DNA of 64,000 nucleotides, from assembly GCA_963819655.1 (NCBI GenBank), contig CAWFXA010000003.1, positions 32,001 to 96,000 on the forward strand. The letters run 5' to 3'. The position numbers were made by a program, and so were the translations under genes. This DNA is from an uncultured Chloroflexia bacterium (GTDB lineage: Bacteria > Chloroflexota > Limnocylindria > Limnocylindrales > CSP1-4). This document shows, piece after piece, positions 61,489-64,000 of the stretch (position 1 is the first letter of the stretch; each line of letters starts with the position of its first letter). The notes below the pieces were generated by a model that did not search any database, had not been told where the DNA came from, and worked only from the letters and a program-made list of their open reading frames with translations.

Positions 61489-61950
61489 ATGAGCGCGAGA
61501 TCGATCGACGAGCTGGGTCCCGTCGACTACCTGGTGGTCGAGTTTCCGGCGGGGCAGCAGAACTTCACCGGCGAGGCAGTCGACCAGCTCCTGCGGTTGC
61601 ATGACTCGGGGATCATCCGGGTCATGGACCTTGTCATCATCGGCAAGGGCGACGACGGGACGGTCATGGCCCAGGAGCTCGCCGACCTCGACGACATGGG
61701 CGAGTTCGCCCGGCTCGAGACCGAGCTGGCCGAGACCCTCGCCGAAGAGGACGTCCTGAAGGTTGGGGCGACGATGGAGCCCGGTAGCCTGGGCGCCGTG
61801 CTCGTCTACGAGAACCTGTGGGCCGCAGGGTTCGCCTCGGCCGTCCGCCATGCCGGCGGCCAGCTGGTTACCCAGGGCCGGATCCCGATCCAGGCCATCA
61901 TCGCCGCCGTCGAGGCGGACGAAGCGGCGCTTGTCGCCGAAGGAGTCTGA
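61489..61950 (+). CDS. DUF6325/DUF1269-like protein
   Basis: LGPVDYLVVEFP...IRVMDLV...LVYENLWA...GGQLV..GRIP; GAGGAG RBS. Confidence 0.8.
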   Translation: MSARSIDELGPVDYLVVEFPAGQQNFTGEAVDQLLRLHDSGIIRVMDLVIIGKGDDGTVMAQELADLDDMGEFARLETELAETLAEEDVLKVGATMEPGSLGAVLVYENLWAAGFASAVRHAGGQLVTQGRIPIQAIIAAVEADEAALVAEGV

Positions 61951-61951
61951 G

Positions 61952-62134
61952 ATGCCGCTCCGATCATCGCGTCTGGGCAGGGCAGCGGTCGTAACGGCCG
62001 CCGTCACGCCGGGACCGTCGCCCATCGCCAAGGCCGCCGTCGTTGGTGCCGCCGTTTCGAAGCCCGGGCCCGCCCCGATCGCCAAGACCGCTGTCGTCGC
62101 GGCGGCCATCACCCCGGGGCGCCGCCGCTTCTAG
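61952..62134 (+). CDS. 60-aa protein with three tandem AAVV.AA..PG repeats
   Basis: AAGGAG RBS; MPLRSSRLGRAAVVTAAVTPGPSPIAKAAVVGAAVSKPGPAPIAKTAVVAAAITPGRRRF. Confidence 0.6.
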   Translation: MPLRSSRLGRAAVVTAAVTPGPSPIAKAAVVGAAVSKPGPAPIAKTAVVAAAITPGRRRF

Positions 62135-62345
62135 TCGACGATCATGCCGTCCGCGGGCGTGGGACCCTCCTCGACGCGCCGGATCGCGCCGCGCGGGGAT
62201 GCTGCTGGCCGAGCCTCGCGCAAAGGTGACCCATCGAGGTCTCGATGGTCTGCGGGGTGCGGGCTGCCGGTCGGTCGCGGTGGCAAGTAGTTTGGGGCGC
62301 ACAGGTGCGAGCCGCCCTTCACGACCATCCGCGGGAACCGCTCGT
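62131..62345 (-). pseudogene. C-terminal remnant of a formylglycine-generating enzyme (SUMF1/FGE family)
   Basis: PRMVVKGGSHLCAPNY and, in a shifted frame, AARTPQTIETSMGHL; cut off at the att copy. Confidence 0.7.
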
Positions 62346-62379
62346 CGGTATGCGGTACCAATCGCCCCGAGCTGTATTT

Positions 62380-63819
62380 TCAGCCGGGTCGAAGCGCGGC
62401 CGCTGGACTCGGTGTGAACGTCGACGCCTGGGCCATGAGCGAGGCCACCACGGTATTCGTTGCGTAAGCCGGCTCGCCGGCCACACCACTCGTCTGGATC
62501 GAGAGGGTGCCGCCGTCGCCGTAGTCGATGATGTACGAGTACAGCGTGGTCCCTACGGGAGTCCCGCTGTCCACGGTGGTCGATGTCGCCTCGACGAGGG
62601 TCGCCGGTAGATCGGACACGGTCGTCTCCAGTTTCTGGACGACGGTCCAGTTCGCCGGATCCGTCGCGGCCGCGACGGCATCGCTGTACGACGAGACGTC
62701 GGGTCTGACGGTGATCGCCGCGTCGAGCGTGCCCGGGTCCGTTGGCACGGTGATGGGGTTCGGGTCGAAGTAGCGACAGGCAGCCTCCGGCGGCTCGGTC
62801 AGGGTGAACCACGACTGGGGATAGACGATCGAGGCGAGCTGGGCGCCGCTTGGGCTGGTCAGCGTGCACGCCGCCGTGGGCGGCGCCGAGGGCGGCGGCG
62901 GCAACGTCGGTGCCGCGGTCGGCTCAGGGGTCGGCGTCGGTGTCGGCTCCGGGGCCGGGGTCGGACTCGGCCGCTCGGTGGCAGTCGGGGATGGCGTGGG
63001 CGACGGCGCCGGCTCCTCGGTCGGGATCGGGGAAGCGGAGGCTTCTGCCTCGGCTCGGGGCCTTGACATCGCGACGACCACGTCGTCGTTCCTGTCGCGG
63101 AGCACGAGCGTCTCGCCGCGGCGTTCGACGAGCGCGGCACCTTGGAGCGCCGCGAGGAAGGCGCTCTCCTGGTTCATCACGTCGTCCGCGCAGGCCATGC
63201 GCGTCGTCGCGAGCCGGCCGACCCTTACGACGGTGCCATTGGTCCCGTAGGTGCCGTCGTACCTGTTGCAGCCACTCGACCCGCCGACGTTCGTGATCCC
63301 GAACACCGCTGTCAGCTCGGTCCCGCTGATCGGGACCGTCTGGGATCCGGGCCCTGTGGCATACGAATCGACGATCCACGACCCGAGCATCGGGTTCTTC
63401 GGTGCAGCGTCGAAGACCAGGATCGCCTGCCCGCCCGGACCGAAGATCTTGAGCGTATCGGCGCGGATCCCATAGAACCGGCTGTCATGAAGGACCGTGA
63501 GATAGGTCGACTCGAAGGTCATGAGGACGTCGCTGCAGGCCTTCTGGGTGGCATGGGCCTGCGAGATCAGGAGGGTCCGGCCATCGGCACGGGCCAATGC
63601 GCCGTAGTCATTGCAGCCGGCGAACCCGTCCACGCGAGCTCCGCGGAACCGTGCGTCGGCGTAAAGCCCGTCCGGGACGATCTCGAGCGTCCCGCCGTTG
63701 GCGTACGAGCGCAGGACCCAGGTCGTGCCGTCCAGCTCACCGCCAGAGCCGTCGCCCGAAGAGCAAGCGACGAGGCCAAGCGCCAGGGCCAGCAGGACGG
63801 CGAGCCGCACGAGTCGCAT
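62380..63819 (-). CDS. Lipoprotein with two META domains, Pro/Thr linker and C-terminal domain
   Basis: Lipobox LVAC; GFAGCNDY...TQKAC; GSSGCNRY...TTRMAC. Confidence 0.85.
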   Translation of the reverse strand: MRLVRLAVLLALALGLVACSSGDGSGGELDGTTWVLRSYANGGTLEIVPDGLYADARFRGARVDGFAGCNDYGALARADGRTLLISQAHATQKACSDVLMTFESTYLTVLHDSRFYGIRADTLKIFGPGGQAILVFDAAPKNPMLGSWIVDSYATGPGSQTVPISGTELTAVFGITNVGGSSGCNRYDGTYGTNGTVVRVGRLATTRMACADDVMNQESAFLAALQGAALVERRGETLVLRDRNDDVVVAMSRPRAEAEASASPIPTEEPAPSPTPSPTATERPSPTPAPEPTPTPTPEPTAAPTLPPPPSAPPTAACTLTSPSGAQLASIVYPQSWFTLTEPPEAACRYFDPNPITVPTDPGTLDAAITVRPDVSSYSDAVAAATDPANWTVVQKLETTVSDLPATLVEATSTTVDSGTPVGTTLYSYIIDYGDGGTLSIQTSGVAGEPAYATNTVVASLMAQASTFTPSPAAALRPG

Positions 63820-63820
63820 G

Positions 63821-64000
63821 TCAGGCGGACTTGCTGCCGATGTACAGGGCAAACAGTCGGAGGGCGTATCCGAAGCCGGCGACGACGAAGGCGAGGAAGA
63901 TCGGCACGCCGATCGAGCCGGCCGAGATCGCGAACGCCTCGAACACGTTGAATGCCGGTCTTTGGGCGAGATCGATCCACCAGGCGATGCCGGCGAGCAG
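63821..64000 (-). CDS. 3' end of a membrane protein (partial)
   Basis: Open hydrophobic frame ending ...GYALRLFALYIGSKSA-stop just before the META gene. Confidence 0.5.
   Translation of the reverse strand: MLAGIAWWIDLAQRPAFNVFEAFAISAGSIGVPIFLAFVVAGFGYALRLFALYIGSKSA

Larger units (their letters stand above)
52220..62360. mobile_element. Island 3 (~10 kb) carrying a second MalT-like regulon with membrane cargo
   Basis: Bounded by the repeat at 52202 and 15-bp CGGTATGCGGTACCA at 62346-62360; no integrase seen. Confidence 0.72.

Noticed and set aside
40057-62360. att repeats or operator repeats as a CRISPR array or integron attC array
   Set aside because: Spacing is kilobases and irregular, no cas or intI gene is present, and the repeat is the tRNA 3' end.

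Overview
High-GC bacterial window. Gene content suggests Chloroflexota (inference, not tested). Positions 1-39.9 kb look like core chromosome: a branched-chain 2-oxoacid dehydrogenase E1a/E1b/E2 set with lipA, interrupted by an ECF sigma/anti-sigma pair and a class III cyclase-STAND gene next to a transporter-HEAT-cNMP gene; then adenosine deaminase, a SufR-like regulator, acyl-CoA dehydrogenase, sortase, an 8-gene ABC/MoxR/DUF58/VWA operon, DUF1015, an alpha/beta hydrolase and a secreted alginate-lyase-like protein. tRNA-Glu(CTC) lies at 39998-40074. Its 3' end recurs at 41151, 52202 and 62346, delimiting three tandem islands (~1.1, ~11 and ~10 kb) with no integrase that I can recognise. The internal junctions share arm-like repeats and NrdR-box-like palindromes. 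Each large island encodes its own MalT-like STAND-LuxR activator and a ~70-aa ACT-like protein, and carries four copies of an island-specific operator 22-23 bp upstream of a -10 box in front of the cargo genes. These look like two portable, self-contained regulons. A separate ~75-bp repeat with a LexA-box-like site brackets most of island 3. Several conserved genes carry short frameshifts, most likely sequencing-consensus errors.
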